The position numbers were made by a program, and so were the translations under genes. A stretch of DNA of 64,000 nucleotides from Vicinamibacterales bacterium (GTDB lineage Bacteria; Acidobacteriota; Vicinamibacteria; Vicinamibacterales; G965250185): NCBI GenBank assembly GCA_965250185.1, contig OZ252293.1, positions 4,601,904 through 4,665,903 on the forward strand. The letters run 5' to 3'. How positions within the stretch are numbered: position 1 is the first letter of the stretch; each line of letters opens with the position of its first letter. The notes beneath the pieces are model-generated. The model ran no database searches, had not been told where the DNA came from, and saw only the letters and a program-made list of their open reading frames with translations. This document shows, piece after piece, positions 10,039 to 18,651 of the stretch.

Positions 10039-10135
10039 GGCTGGCGGGACTCGAAGGACACTGCGGATCGAGTATTATCGTCCGAGGCTGGCGACGGTGC
10101 CGCCGGCCACCGGTGTGCCGAGAGAGGGAACCCCA

Positions 10136-11293
10136 ATGAAGAACGAATTGACCCGACGAGATGTGATCCGCGGCGGCGCGGCAGGACTGGGCTTGATGGC
10201 CCTGCCCGGATGGGCCTTGCCCGTGCTGGCACAAAACCAGGAAGTCGTGCCGTTCACGGACTATCCTGACGACTGGAAAACCGACCGCGGACCAGAGAGT
10301 CGTTTCCTCGATCTCCGGACAATCGACGGACCGAACACGCCGGCCGACCAGTTCTTCACCACCCAGCACTACGGCCACCCGACGGTCGACGGTACGAGCT
10401 TCCGACTCAAGGTCACGGGCCTCGTCGATCGCGAGGCCGAGCTGTCGCTCGACGACCTCCGCGTGCTGGGCCAGACCGACCTCGACGCGGGCTTCGAGTG
10501 CTCGGGCAATAGTGCTCGCGCCATGCAGGGCCTGGCGTCGAACGCCCGCTGGACGGGAGTTCGGGTGCGCGACGTCCTGAACCACGTCGGCGTCAAGGAC
10601 AACGGGCACGAGGTCGTGTTCTTCGGCGCCGACAAGCGAATGGAGAAGGTCGAGTTCCGCGGCCGAACCTACGAGGTCGAGCAGCACTACGGCCGTAGCA
10701 TCTCGGTGACCAAGGCAATGGCCCCGGAGCCGTTTCTCGCCACGGCGATGAACGGCACGGCCCTCACGGTCCATCAGGGCTTCCCGCTCCGACTCGTCAT
10801 GCCGGGCTGGTATGGTGCGCCCAACGTGAAATGGGTCGCGAACCTTCACGTCCAGGAAGACCCGTATCTCGGGAAGTTCCAGGCGCGCTGGTACCGCACC
10901 CTGCGGGGCGAGATGGTCGGCGGCGAGATGATGTGGAAGGAGACCGCCATCACGCGCATGCGGGTGAAGTCGGTGATCGCTCGGGTGACGCGCGAAGGTG
11001 ACACGTTCACGGCCCACGGCTTCGTGCTCCACGACGGCACGCCGATTCGGTCGGTCGAGGTCCGCGTCGACGATGGAGCATGGGAGGCCGCGACCCTCGA
11101 GCCCGCACAGGGGCAGTACGCCTGGAAGCTGTTTTCGTTCAGCTGGAGGGGATCGGCCCCGGGTGAGCACACCGTGATCTCGCGGGCGACCTACGTCACG
11201 GGCGAGGTCCAACCGACCCCCGAGGATCTCGACACGAAGAAGACGTTCCTCGAAGACAACTCGCAGCACGAGCGTCGAATCATGGTGTCCTAG
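10136..11293 (+). CDS. sulfite-oxidase-family molybdopterin oxidoreductase, Tat signal (copy 1)
   Basis: It has TRRDVIRGGAAGLG, the Mo-ligand motif FECSGNS, GFPLRLVMPGWYGAPNVKWV, and a C-terminal Ig-like domain. Confidence 0.85.
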   Translation: MKNELTRRDVIRGGAAGLGLMALPGWALPVLAQNQEVVPFTDYPDDWKTDRGPESRFLDLRTIDGPNTPADQFFTTQHYGHPTVDGTSFRLKVTGLVDREAELSLDDLRVLGQTDLDAGFECSGNSARAMQGLASNARWTGVRVRDVLNHVGVKDNGHEVVFFGADKRMEKVEFRGRTYEVEQHYGRSISVTKAMAPEPFLATAMNGTALTVHQGFPLRLVMPGWYGAPNVKWVANLHVQEDPYLGKFQARWYRTLRGEMVGGEMMWKETAITRMRVKSVIARVTREGDTFTAHGFVLHDGTPIRSVEVRVDDGAWEAATLEPAQGQYAWKLFSFSWRGSAPGEHTVISRATYVTGEVQPTPEDLDTKKTFLEDNSQHERRIMVS

Positions 11294-11316
11294 CCATCGC
11301 AACAAGGATCCCCCAT

Positions 11317-12474
11317 ATGAAGAACGAACTGACCCGACGAGATGTGATCCGCGGCGGCGCGGCAGGATTGGGCCTGATGGCCCTGCCCGGATGGGCCATG
11401 CCCGCGCTGGCTCAGGGTGAGGCGATTGTCCCGTTCACCGACTATCCCGACGACTGGACGGCCGAACGGGGGCCGGAGCGTCGCCGGCTGGACATTCGCA
11501 CGATTGACGACAAGGCCACGCCCGCTGATCGATTCTTCACGACGCAGCACCTCGGGCATCCGAAGATCGATGGCGCGGCCTTCCGCCTCACGGTGAGCGG
11601 GCTGGTCGACCGCGAAGCCGAGCTGTCGCTCGACGACGTCCGAGCCCTGGGCCAGACGGATCTCGACGCCGCGTTCGAGTGCTCGGGGAACAGCCGCCGC
11701 TCCATGCAAGGCTCCGCCTCGGTCGGTCGCTGGTCCGGAGTGCGTGTGCGCGACGTACTGAACCACGTTGGCGTGAAGGAGAACGGGCACGAGGTCGTGT
11801 TCTTCGGCGCCGACAAGGGGATGGAGAAGGTCGAGTTCCGCGGTCGGACCTACGAGGTCGAGCAGCACTATGGCCGCAGCATCTCGATATCGAAGGCGAT
11901 GACGCCGGAGCCGTTTCTGGCCACCGCGCTGAATGGCGAGCCGCTCACCGTCCACCAGGGTTTCCCGATGCGGCTCCTCATGCCCGGATGGTACGGGGCG
12001 CCCAACGTGAAATGGGTCGCGAACATCCACGTCCAGGAGGCTCCGTTCCTCGGAAAATATCAGGCTCGCTGGTACCGCACGTTGCGCAGCGAAATGGTCG
12101 GCGGCGAGATGCAGTGGAAAGAGACGGCCATCACGCGGATGCGGGTCAAGTCGGTGATCGCTCGCGTGACGCGCGAGGGCGACACGTTCACCGCACTCGG
12201 CTTCGTGCTACACGACGGCACGCCGCTCCGCTCGGTCGAGGTTCGCGTCGACGACGGCGCCTGGGAGACGGCCACGGTCGACCCGTCGCAGAGCCAGTAC
12301 GCCTGGAAGCTCTTCACGCATAGCTGGAAGGGATCGAGCCCTGGCGAGCACGGCGTGATCTCGCGAGCGACCGACGTCAACGGCGAGGTACAGCCAACCG
12401 TCGAGGAACTCGAGGTCAAGAAGACGTTCCTCGAGGACAACTCGCAGCACGAACGTCGCTTCATGGTCTCGTAG
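11317..12474 (+). CDS. sulfite-oxidase-family molybdopterin oxidoreductase, Tat signal (copy 2, tandem paralogue)
   Basis: It is the same length (385 aa) and colinear with copy 1, with most residues identical by eye. Confidence 0.85.
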   Translation: MKNELTRRDVIRGGAAGLGLMALPGWAMPALAQGEAIVPFTDYPDDWTAERGPERRRLDIRTIDDKATPADRFFTTQHLGHPKIDGAAFRLTVSGLVDREAELSLDDVRALGQTDLDAAFECSGNSRRSMQGSASVGRWSGVRVRDVLNHVGVKENGHEVVFFGADKGMEKVEFRGRTYEVEQHYGRSISISKAMTPEPFLATALNGEPLTVHQGFPMRLLMPGWYGAPNVKWVANIHVQEAPFLGKYQARWYRTLRSEMVGGEMQWKETAITRMRVKSVIARVTREGDTFTALGFVLHDGTPLRSVEVRVDDGAWETATVDPSQSQYAWKLFTHSWKGSSPGEHGVISRATDVNGEVQPTVEELEVKKTFLEDNSQHERRFMVS

Positions 12475-12562
12475 CGACGAGGGACGGGCGGAGACCGGCG
12501 CACGCGAGAAGCTCATGGAGGCACCCGCGTCCGGGCGTTGGCGCCGGTCTCTGCCAGTTCGG

Positions 12563-13564
12563 TCAGGCCAACAGGCGGGTGACCAGGGCAACGTACCCTT
12601 CGACGCCCCGCTCGAGTTCCTCGACGCTCACGTGCTCCTCATCGGTGTGAGCAACCTCGATCCCCCCGGGGCCGAACAATAGCGGCGTACCCCAGGCCGA
12701 CAACAGCGGGACGTCGGTCGTGTACGCGAACGCCGCCGTCTCGAAACCCGGCACGGTGGCCATGGTTGCGGCCGGCACCTCGGTGACCGTCTCGACCTGG
12801 ACGTGCGGCAAATCGGCCAGGCACGCATGCAGGGCGGACGTGTCGCCGACGGTCCGGAAACACACCTGAGCCTCGGCCTCGGCCGGGATCACGTTGTGCG
12901 CCACACCGCCGCTGATCATCGTGACCGCGCTCGTCGTACGACCGAGCACGGGATCCGTCGGCATCTCGATGGTCCGCACTGTCGTCAGCGCCTCGACGAG
13001 CCGGTCGATCGCCGACACACCCAGTTCAGGACGGGAAGAATGCGCCGCCCGCCCGGCCGCACGGATCCTGACGTGCAGGCTACCCCGGGTGGCCGTAGCG
13101 AGTCGGTTGCCGGTTGGCTCACCATTTATGAGGTAACGCGTGGCCGTGGGGAGACGATTCGCGGCCAGGGCTCCCGCACTGCCCGCCTCCTCACCAACCA
13201 CGATGAGCAAGGCGACTCGGGTCTCCCCGGCCGCCCGCAGCCGCTCGGCCGCCACGATCTGTGCAGCCAGAATGCCCTTGGCGTCGCAGGCACCACGTCC
13301 ATGGATCGTGACGCCATCGAAGCGGCTCGGCATGAAGGGCGGCACGCAGTCACAGTGTGTCGAGAGGGCCACGGCCGGACTGGCGGGACCGTCGAGCTCG
13401 GCGAGTACGTTGAAGCGCTCGCCCTCTACTGGCTGGCGCGTGATCCGGTAGCCGAGATCCGTCAGATACCCCGCCAGCCAGTCCGCGACGGCCGTCTCGT
13501 CGCCCGTCGTCGAGTCGATGTCGATGAGCGTCCGCGCAAGCGGCACCAGCCCTAGCGGATCCAC
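12563..13564 (-). CDS. M20 family metallohydrolase (DapE/ArgE type), last gene of the dap operon
   Basis: It has HCDCVP, GRGACDAKG and VGEE motifs. Its start overlaps the dapD end. Confidence 0.75.
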   Translation of the reverse strand: MDPLGLVPLARTLIDIDSTTGDETAVADWLAGYLTDLGYRITRQPVEGERFNVLAELDGPASPAVALSTHCDCVPPFMPSRFDGVTIHGRGACDAKGILAAQIVAAERLRAAGETRVALLIVVGEEAGSAGALAANRLPTATRYLINGEPTGNRLATATRGSLHVRIRAAGRAAHSSRPELGVSAIDRLVEALTTVRTIEMPTDPVLGRTTSAVTMISGGVAHNVIPAEAEAQVCFRTVGDTSALHACLADLPHVQVETVTEVPAATMATVPGFETAAFAYTTDVPLLSAWGTPLLFGPGGIEVAHTDEEHVSVEELERGVEGYVALVTRLLA

Positions 13565-14445
13565 TGCTCCAGCTCCGTCCGCGCGTCCGTCCGGTCATCG
13601 CGATACTTGACGATGACCGGGGTGGCCAGCGACAGCTGCCAGTCGCGCCCTGCACCAGACGTCACGGCGCGCGCACCGGGCACGACGACTGCGTTCTCTG
13701 GCACGATCAACGGTTCGCCGGCGGCAGGCCGGATGATCTGGGAGCGCGGGAGGTCGTAGATGGGCGTCGACCCGGTGAGAATCGTGCCCGCCCCGATCAC
13801 CGCGCGCGTCCGTACGATGACACCCTCGAACAGGCCGGTGTTGCCTCCAACGATGACATCGTCCTCGATGATGACGGGAAATGCACCGACCGGCTCGATG
13901 ACGCCGCCGAGCTGGGCGCCAGCGCTCAGGTGCACCCGCCGACCCACCTGGGCACAGGAGCCGACGAGTGCATGGGAGTCGATGAGCGATCCGTCGCCCA
14001 CGTACGCGCCGATGTTGATGTACATCGGCGGCATGCAGATCACCCCAGGGGCCACGTAGGCTCCGTCTCTGATGGCGGACCCCCCGGGCACGACGCGGAC
14101 GCCCGAGGCAACGTCCAGCCTCCGGAGGGGCAGCGTGTCCTTGTCGAAGAACCTGAAGCCTGCGGCGTCACCGCCCAGCTCCATCATCGTTCCCGCACGA
14201 AAGCCGAGCAGGATGCCCTCCTTCACCCACGCATTGACCCGCCAGCCGGTGGCCGACATCGGGTCGGGCTCCGCGGCACGCGCGACTCCGGAGGACAGCG
14301 CAGCTCGAAGCCTCGAGAAGACGCCCAAGGCGTCAGTGGCGTCCGGGGCATCCTGATCGGACAGGCGGCGGACGGCCTTCTCGAGACCAACGCTCTCCGC
14401 CTCGGGTCCAGCTGGCGCGTCGCGAGGGCCGCTCATGGCACTCAT
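13552..14445 (-). CDS. dapD: 2,3,4,5-tetrahydropyridine-2,6-dicarboxylate N-succinyltransferase
   Basis: It has hexapeptide-repeat left-handed beta-helix sequence and a DapD-like N-terminus. The ATG at 14445 overlaps the dapA stop (ATGA). The longer ORF up to 14835 would overlap dapA. Confidence 0.85.
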   Translation of the reverse strand: MSAMSGPRDAPAGPEAESVGLEKAVRRLSDQDAPDATDALGVFSRLRAALSSGVARAAEPDPMSATGWRVNAWVKEGILLGFRAGTMMELGGDAAGFRFFDKDTLPLRRLDVASGVRVVPGGSAIRDGAYVAPGVICMPPMYINIGAYVGDGSLIDSHALVGSCAQVGRRVHLSAGAQLGGVIEPVGAFPVIIEDDVIVGGNTGLFEGVIVRTRAVIGAGTILTGSTPIYDLPRSQIIRPAAGEPLIVPENAVVVPGARAVTSGAGRDWQLSLATPVIVKYRDDRTDARTELEQWIR

Positions 14446-15365
14446 GAGGCGGCCGCGCGCGTTGGACGGCAGTGGATGCCTGCGCTCGCCAGAGCCTCGA
14501 GGATGAACGATTCCGATCGTGCGTCGGGCGCGACCAGCGGCAGCCGGTAGACCGGCCGGATCAGGCCCATCGCCGCCATGGCCGCCTTCACGGGGATCGG
14601 GTTGGACTCGACGAAATTGGCCAGCATCAGCCGGAGCAGCCCTCGATGGATCACACGAGCCCCGGCGAAATCGCCCGCCTCGGCTCGCTCGACCATGCGA
14701 GCCATCTCGGCCGGCACTTCGTTCGACGCGACCGAAATTACCCCGTGGCCCCCGATGCTCATCAACGGTAGCGTGAGGGCATCGTCGCCGGAGAGCACGA
14801 TGAAGTCGTCCGGCGTCGCCACTAGCACCTCGCACATCTCGGCGACATTGCCAGTCGCCTGCTTGACGCCAACGATGTTCGGGATCTCTGCGAGCCGAAC
14901 CAGGGTCTCGATGGCGATCCGGCAGCCTGTTCGGCCGGGGACGTCATAGACGACGATGGGCAGCGGCGTCGACTCGGCGATCGCGGAAAAATGACGGTAA
15001 AGACCTTCTTGGGAGGGCTTGTTGTAGTAGGGCGTCACCGACAGGAGACCGTCTGCTCCGGCCCGCGCCATCTCGCGGGCAACGCGGCAAACCTGCGCCG
15101 TGTCGTACCCTCCCGCACCGGCCAGCACCGGCACCCGGCCACCGGCCACCTCGACGACCGTCGTCACGAGTTGCCGCCGCTCGGCGTCGGTCAGCGTGGG
15201 GGCCTCGCCCGTCGTGCCGCATGGTACGAGGAAGTGAACGCCGGACTCGATCTGGCGGGTCGCCAATCGTCGCACGGCGTCGGAATCGACGGCGCCGGCG
15301 TCCGTGAAGGGCGTGACGAGCGCGGTGCCGCAGCCGGTCCATCTCCGTCTCTCGTTTGTCGTCAT
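14442..15365 (-). CDS. dapA: 4-hydroxy-tetrahydrodipicolinate synthase
   Basis: It has TALVTPF, CGTTGE, YYNKP and VYDVPGRTG motifs. Confidence 0.9.
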   Translation of the reverse strand: MTTNERRRWTGCGTALVTPFTDAGAVDSDAVRRLATRQIESGVHFLVPCGTTGEAPTLTDAERRQLVTTVVEVAGGRVPVLAGAGGYDTAQVCRVAREMARAGADGLLSVTPYYNKPSQEGLYRHFSAIAESTPLPIVVYDVPGRTGCRIAIETLVRLAEIPNIVGVKQATGNVAEMCEVLVATPDDFIVLSGDDALTLPLMSIGGHGVISVASNEVPAEMARMVERAEAGDFAGARVIHRGLLRLMLANFVESNPIPVKAAMAAMGLIRPVYRLPLVAPDARSESFILEALASAGIHCRPTRAAAS

Positions 15366-16102
15366 GTCAGTGTCTCCGCATCAAGTCCGAGTACATGCCG
15401 CATGGTGAACCATCCTCGCCTGCCGTGAACCCAGCGGGCCGCTTCGAGTGCGCCTTGGACGAACACGCGTCGATCGCGCGTCGTGTGCGTCAAGGTGACC
15501 GTCTCGAACGGGCCGTCGAAACCAACCGTGTGGGTGCCTGGTATCGCCCCCACACGCGTGGACGCGATATCGAGTTCCGGGTCGCACCCGCTCTCCGCCA
15601 GGGCCTGACGCAGCGCGATGGCCGTGCCGGACGGAGCATCCCGCTTCCTCGCATGGTGCAGCTCATGGACCCACGGCTCGAAGCCGGGTCTGGAACCGAG
15701 GAGTGCAGCCGCCCGTTCGACGATCGCGATGAAGGCGTTCACGCCCAGAGCGAAATTCGGTGCGGCGACGACTCCGATCTCGGAATTCGCCACCAGCACG
15801 CGGAGCTCGGCCTCGGCGGTCTGCCAGCCGGTCGTCCCGATGACCGTGTCGACGCCGAGACGCGCCAGTTGCGTGAGGTTGCCCGCCACTGCTGACCCGA
15901 CCGAGAAATCCACGGCGACGTCGACGTCCGACCACCGTCCATCGAGACCCACACCGCCCGCGTTGCTGGCCCCGTCGAGCCAGCCCGCCACTTCGAAGCC
16001 GTACTCCTGGCTCATAGCTTCGACAGCCCGACCCATGCGGCCGTAGCCGATGAGGAGCACGCGCAAGGAATCGTGGCGAGACGTCGTTGACATCGGAGGC
16101 AT
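15362..16102 (-). CDS. dapB: 4-hydroxy-tetrahydrodipicolinate reductase
   Basis: It has the Rossmann motif VLLIGYGRMGR and the ELHHARKRDAPSGTA motif. The start is at 16102 or 16093. The longer ORF up to 16216 would run through a terminator hairpin. Confidence 0.85.
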   Translation of the reverse strand: MPPMSTTSRHDSLRVLLIGYGRMGRAVEAMSQEYGFEVAGWLDGASNAGGVGLDGRWSDVDVAVDFSVGSAVAGNLTQLARLGVDTVIGTTGWQTAEAELRVLVANSEIGVVAAPNFALGVNAFIAIVERAAALLGSRPGFEPWVHELHHARKRDAPSGTAIALRQALAESGCDPELDIASTRVGAIPGTHTVGFDGPFETVTLTHTTRDRRVFVQGALEAARWVHGRRGWFTMRHVLGLDAETLT

Positions 16103-16109
16103 CGTAGGC

Positions 16110-16145
16110 AAAAAAAACCGCCGACCGGCTGAGCCGGGTCGGCGG
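16110..16145 (-). terminator. intrinsic terminator hairpin plus U8, 8 nt upstream of the dapB start
   Basis: The minus strand reads CCGCCGACC(C)GGC-TCA-GCCGGTCGGCGG followed by TTTTTTTT. Confidence 0.7.
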
Positions 16146-16172
16146 TGGGTCGCACCTAGTATGCGTAACTTC

Positions 16173-16274
16173 TCAGGTCGTGCCTCGACACCCACCACCG
16201 ACACCATGGCTTCCATGGCTACGCTTGGCCCGCTTGGCCCGGTTTCGGTCGGAAGTGGTGTGCCCGAACTGCAT
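16173..16274 (-). CDS. candidate 33-codon leader peptide MQFGHTTSDRNRAKRAKRSHGSHGVGGGCRGTT
   Basis: The ATG lies 3-4 nt after the predicted transcription start. The ORF spans helix segments 1 and 2 and contains two AAG Lys codons. This call is hypothetical. Confidence 0.3.
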   Translation of the reverse strand: MQFGHTTSDRNRAKRAKRSHGSHGVGGGCRGTT

Positions 16275-16284
16275 TTAACAGAGA

Positions 16285-16312
16285 AGTATAGGGCGCTCTA
16301 TCGGATTGTCAA
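16285..16312 (-). promoter_or_regulatory. sigma70-like promoter: TTGACA, 16-nt spacer, TATACT
   Basis: The minus strand reads CTTGACAATCCGATAGAGCGCCCTATACT, immediately after the stop of the upstream VOC gene. Confidence 0.5.
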
Positions 16313-16338
16313 GCGTCTCTCGATTTTCTCGGAACGAT

Positions 16339-17190
16339 CTAGTACGCGTTCAACCCCTCGGTCAGCTCGATGTACGTGCCGAAGGGATCGGTGAAAAACG
16401 CGATGGCAATGCCGAGAGACTCGATCGTCTGGTACGGACGATCGAACGTGATGCCTTGCGCCGTCAGATTCTCGCAGAAGGCCTCGAGCCCGCGGACTTC
16501 GAATCCGATGTGGTCGAGACTTCGACCTTTCGTCCCGGTCAGCGGGTTGGCTGACGGTGAATACGTCAGGTTGACGCCGGGTAGATCGGCTGCCTCGAAC
16601 GAGCCCCGCATCCCTGGCGTCGCGCCGAACGTCTCCACGTACCAGGCCTTCATCTCGTCCACCTGCTCGGTCGCGAAGTGGACGTGATGGAGCGTGATCG
16701 GGATGGTCTGCGCCCGGTTCTCCACGAACTCGACCTTCACATCGTCAGGACCCATGGTGTAGGCGATGTAGGTGTTCTGGTCGGGGATGTGCGCGAGATC
16801 GTCCTGCACATCGACTGTCGGCGGCACCTCCGCTTTGGTGATGATCGGGTAGCCTGCCGCCTTCACCGTGTCCACGATCGCGCGCAGGTTGGGCACCGCG
16901 AACCCGATGTGGTTCACCGTCGTCCCCTTCGTGCCTCCAGTCGGCTCCGCCTCACGTGCCATGATCAGGACGTTGGAGAACTTGAATAGCTCGCCGCTGC
17001 CGAACGGTACGGTCGTGCCGCCGAGCGTGTCTACCCAGAATCGCCTGTGTGCGTCCACGCTGGTCACGCTCAAGTGATGGTGTCCGTACACGACGGGACC
17101 TTCCGCGGCCGCGGTGAGCTGCGCGGACGCGGCGGCGGCGAGGATCGGCACGAGCAGAAGTGACAGGGACAGAATGGCGGTCGTCTTCAT
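16339..17190 (-). CDS. secreted two-domain VOC family protein
   Basis: It has the signal peptide MKTTAILSLSLLLVPILAAAASA and two glyoxalase-like modules (VNHIGFAV and LDHIGFEV). Confidence 0.7.
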   Translation of the reverse strand: MKTTAILSLSLLLVPILAAAASAQLTAAAEGPVVYGHHHLSVTSVDAHRRFWVDTLGGTTVPFGSGELFKFSNVLIMAREAEPTGGTKGTTVNHIGFAVPNLRAIVDTVKAAGYPIITKAEVPPTVDVQDDLAHIPDQNTYIAYTMGPDDVKVEFVENRAQTIPITLHHVHFATEQVDEMKAWYVETFGATPGMRGSFEAADLPGVNLTYSPSANPLTGTKGRSLDHIGFEVRGLEAFCENLTAQGITFDRPYQTIESLGIAIAFFTDPFGTYIELTEGLNAY

Positions 17191-17273
17191 GATAGCTCTC
17201 CACACATCGATTGGCCTCGGTGACGCTTCGGGTCCATGGGCAGGTCCTTTTCAGGCGCGGAGCGTGCCCCTAC

Positions 17274-18593
17274 CTACTTGATGAGCAGCACGCGGTCGTT
17301 GACCGGGTAGAGCCATTCCACGCCCCGGTGCGTGACGATCGCATCGTCCTCGAGGGGAATCCGCACCTTGCCCCCGCCCCACTCGGGCACCGAGGTGTAG
17401 GCGAACAGTTCGAGCGACAGCAGGTTCGTCTGGCGAATCTCGAACGACGCGCGGCGCGGGTGGAACCACGCGATCGATGGACCGGTGCCGTGTCCGACGT
17501 TGCCGACCGAGTGGCAGCCGATGATGACGTCGATCTGGTCCGGGTCTTGGGTCGGCTGGTTCGGCAAGTCCATGACCGAGAAGCCCGCCTCCCGGAGCTT
17601 CTGATTCAGCAGCGCCTCCGTCTCGTCCGCTCGCCGTCCCGCCTTGATGTTCGCCTTCAGGATGTCGCGCACCGCGCGGGCGTTGTCGAACGCGTTCTGG
17701 AGTCCGGGCGGGATCGCCGTCTCGCCGGCCTGCAGCACGTAGGCGAGGCGCTTCACGTCGGTAAAGAAATTCAGGTAGCCGACGCCCCAGTCGATGGCGA
17801 CGACGTCACCCCGCTGGATGATCCGGGCCGAGGACACCGATGCGGCGACACCGGGATTCTGCAGGTACACGGAGGGCATGCCGAACGACGACTCGAGGCC
17901 CTGCTCATGTAACTGCTCCTTCATCCACCAGGCGACATCTTCCAGGGTCGTGACACCGGGCGTCACGACCTCGTTGGAGAGTGCCCGTTCGGCGATGGTG
18001 CGTGAGATCTCGCCTGCCTGGGCAAACCCGGCAATCTCGGACGCCACACGGCGCGATCGAAAGTCGGACGTGAGCTTCTCGGCCGACACGAATCTGGACA
18101 CGTAGGGTTCTCCGAGAATCTTGGCCAGCTGCTCGTAGTTATTGCGCGTGAGGCCGTCGGCGCCGGCGATGTACTCGGAGTAGTTCAAGGCAATCGTCTG
18201 AGGATCTCGTTCGGTCACGAATTCCTTCAGGTCGTAATCGCTGGTCACGATGTCGTAGGCGCCGTTCTGGGTGAGCAAGTAGTCGCTGATCCCGAGCGCC
18301 GCGCGTTCGATGCGGTCATCGTCCCGGTCGGTGAAGACGTAGTAGCCGAGGTCACCCATGTAGGCATCGCCGAAGTCAGTGGCCAGCGGCTCCGCGAATC
18401 CCTCCCGACCGACGGTGATCCACATGTCGACCTGATTCTCTCGCATGACCTCGGGCAGCACGAGGTCGAACTTCTCACGTCGAATCTGGTTCGCGAACTC
18501 CCACCGCCGTTTGGCCTCTTGCGCATCCACCGCGCCAGACACGGACCCGACGAGCGCGAGACAGAGGAGCGTGCGCCAATACGTGAACGTCAT
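17274..18593 (-). CDS. secreted M24 family metallopeptidase (Xaa-Pro aminopeptidase-like)
   Basis: It has a signal peptide and pita-bread fold motifs (VVAIDWGVGY, HSVGNVGHG, LELFAY, EDDAIVT). Confidence 0.8.
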   Translation of the reverse strand: MTFTYWRTLLCLALVGSVSGAVDAQEAKRRWEFANQIRREKFDLVLPEVMRENQVDMWITVGREGFAEPLATDFGDAYMGDLGYYVFTDRDDDRIERAALGISDYLLTQNGAYDIVTSDYDLKEFVTERDPQTIALNYSEYIAGADGLTRNNYEQLAKILGEPYVSRFVSAEKLTSDFRSRRVASEIAGFAQAGEISRTIAERALSNEVVTPGVTTLEDVAWWMKEQLHEQGLESSFGMPSVYLQNPGVAASVSSARIIQRGDVVAIDWGVGYLNFFTDVKRLAYVLQAGETAIPPGLQNAFDNARAVRDILKANIKAGRRADETEALLNQKLREAGFSVMDLPNQPTQDPDQIDVIIGCHSVGNVGHGTGPSIAWFHPRRASFEIRQTNLLSLELFAYTSVPEWGGGKVRIPLEDDAIVTHRGVEWLYPVNDRVLLIK

Positions 18594-18651
18594 GTTGAAA
18601 ACCTCGGAGATGGCGTCTGGCCAGGACGGTGTCTCGCGGCCGACTCGTCCA

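Noticed and set aside
10039-10135. Moco riboswitch upstream of the molybdoenzyme pair
   Set aside because: Only about 97 nt are available, and I could not recognise the conserved Moco-motif core. Nothing supports it beyond the context.
10007-11305. Long ORFs antisense to recognised genes (for example 10007..11305, 33640..34881, 41154..42365, 42901..43992, 45846..47489, 58950..60164, 62630..63541)
   Set aside because: They are Arg/Gly/Pro-rich and match no recognisable family. Each lies opposite a gene with clear family motifs. Such ORFs are an expected artefact of high GC content.
12490-12555. 11-bp inverted repeat (GAGACCGGCGC/GCGCCGGTCTC) between convergent genes as a terminator
   Set aside because: The loop is about 35-40 nt and there is no U-tract on either strand. 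It may be structural, but I cannot support it as an intrinsic terminator.
16103-16284. Lysine (L-box) riboswitch upstream of dapB
   Set aside because: The location suits one, but I could not find the conserved L-box elements I remember (AGAGGCGC, GCCGAAG, the GUGGAG...CU closing helix). It is treated instead as a possible leader-peptide attenuator and needs an Rfam scan.
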